Shown one piece after another: positions 36,063 through 36,352 of a stretch of 36,352 bases of DNA; position 1 is the stretch's first letter, and every line of letters starts with the position of its first letter. Source of the stretch: Micavibrio sp. Lineage in GTDB: Bacteria > Pseudomonadota > Alphaproteobacteria > Micavibrionales > CSBR16-224. Both the position numbers and the translations under genes were made by a program. The stretch spans positions 1 to 36,352 of the forward strand of contig JALTWL010000280.1 of NCBI GenBank assembly GCA_027047045.1, in the 5' to 3' direction. A model generated the notes under the pieces. It made no database searches. It was given only the letters and a program-made list of their open reading frames with translations, and had not been told where the DNA came from.

Positions 36063-36352
36063 CTAGCTCAGCTCTTGGGTAAGTGGCCTTGACATTAAAG
36101 CCTCAATCGTATCATCAACAGAAACTCCATTGTGAATAGTTTCGTTTACCGCCTTACATATTGGCATGTCAACAGCATGTTTTTTTGCAAAATCTAAAAC
36201 AGAATTTGAAGTTGCCACCCCCTCGGTTACTTGGGTTGCTTGGCTTAGTATTTCATTTAGGCTTTGTCCTTCTCCACGCATAACGCCAAGTTTAAAGTTA
36301 CGAGATTTCATAGAATGACAGGTAAGAGTTAAATCCCCCATACCAGACAACC
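36063..36352 (-). CDS. gpsA: NAD(P)H-dependent glycerol-3-phosphate dehydrogenase, C-terminal part (5' end beyond window)
   Basis: GMGDLTLTCHSMKSRNFKLGVMRGEGQSLNEIL..TEGVATSNSVLDFAKKHAVDMPICKAV aligns by eye with the GpsA C-terminal domain (E. coli [24 protein letters not shown]..MPI). The reading frame stays open to the window edge. Confidence 0.85.
   Translation of the reverse strand, partial: LSGMGDLTLTCHSMKSRNFKLGVMRGEGQSLNEILSQATQVTEGVATSNSVLDFAKKHAVDMPICKAVNETIHNGVSVDDTIEALMSRPLTQELS

Noticed and set aside
1-36352. Window-wide look for CRISPR arrays, rRNA/tRNA genes, IS elements, integrases, phage genes, toxin-antitoxin pairs and known defence-system genes.
   Set aside because: I noticed no regularly spaced direct repeats. 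No ORF has transposase, integrase, nuclease, helicase or defence-type motifs. All long ORFs are accounted for by the calls in the feature list. Because the scan was manual, short or degenerate repeats could have been missed.

Overview
AT-rich bacterial chromosomal window. It is probably alphaproteobacterial, judging from the plant/alpha-type glutamate-cysteine ligase, the ATP12 chaperone, the dcw gene order and the Tad pseudopilins. An ankyrin-repeat protein hints at a host-associated lifestyle. Positions 1-16.6 kb (minus strand) hold a tightly packed dcw cell-wall/division cluster: ftsL-ftsI-murE-murF-mraY-murD-ftsW-murG-murC-murB-[gshA]-ddl-ftsQ-ftsA. It has two oddities. A gamma-glutamylcysteine ligase gene is translationally coupled into the cluster between murB and ddl. 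mraZ/rsmH are missing upstream of ftsL, where a cNMP-binding/EAL phosphodiesterase gene sits instead. Positions 16.7-20.3 kb form a small signalling patch: the cNMP-EAL gene, a DUF3307-like membrane protein, a sensor-less hybrid histidine kinase and a CheY-like receiver. Positions 20.4-23.4 kb carry glpD-glpK. Positions 23.6-26.8 kb (minus strand) carry crcB, an RluA-family pseudouridine synthase, an AsmA-like protein and ATP12. Positions 26.9-35.8 kb look accessory: an ankyrin-repeat protein, an orphan tadE/tadE-like/tadG(VWA) pseudopilin module, and convergent to it a five-gene minus-strand operon. I read that operon as a non-canonical chaperone-usher-like fibre system. It encodes a 1046-aa usher-like outer-membrane protein, two secreted DUF4402-like subunits, an unannotated 31-aa hydrophobic micro-ORF and a PapD-like chaperone. 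This operon is my top candidate for an undescribed system. The window ends in the 3' part of gpsA. I recognised no rRNA, tRNA, CRISPR array, transposase or integrase. All calls rest on motif recognition by eye; no searches were run.
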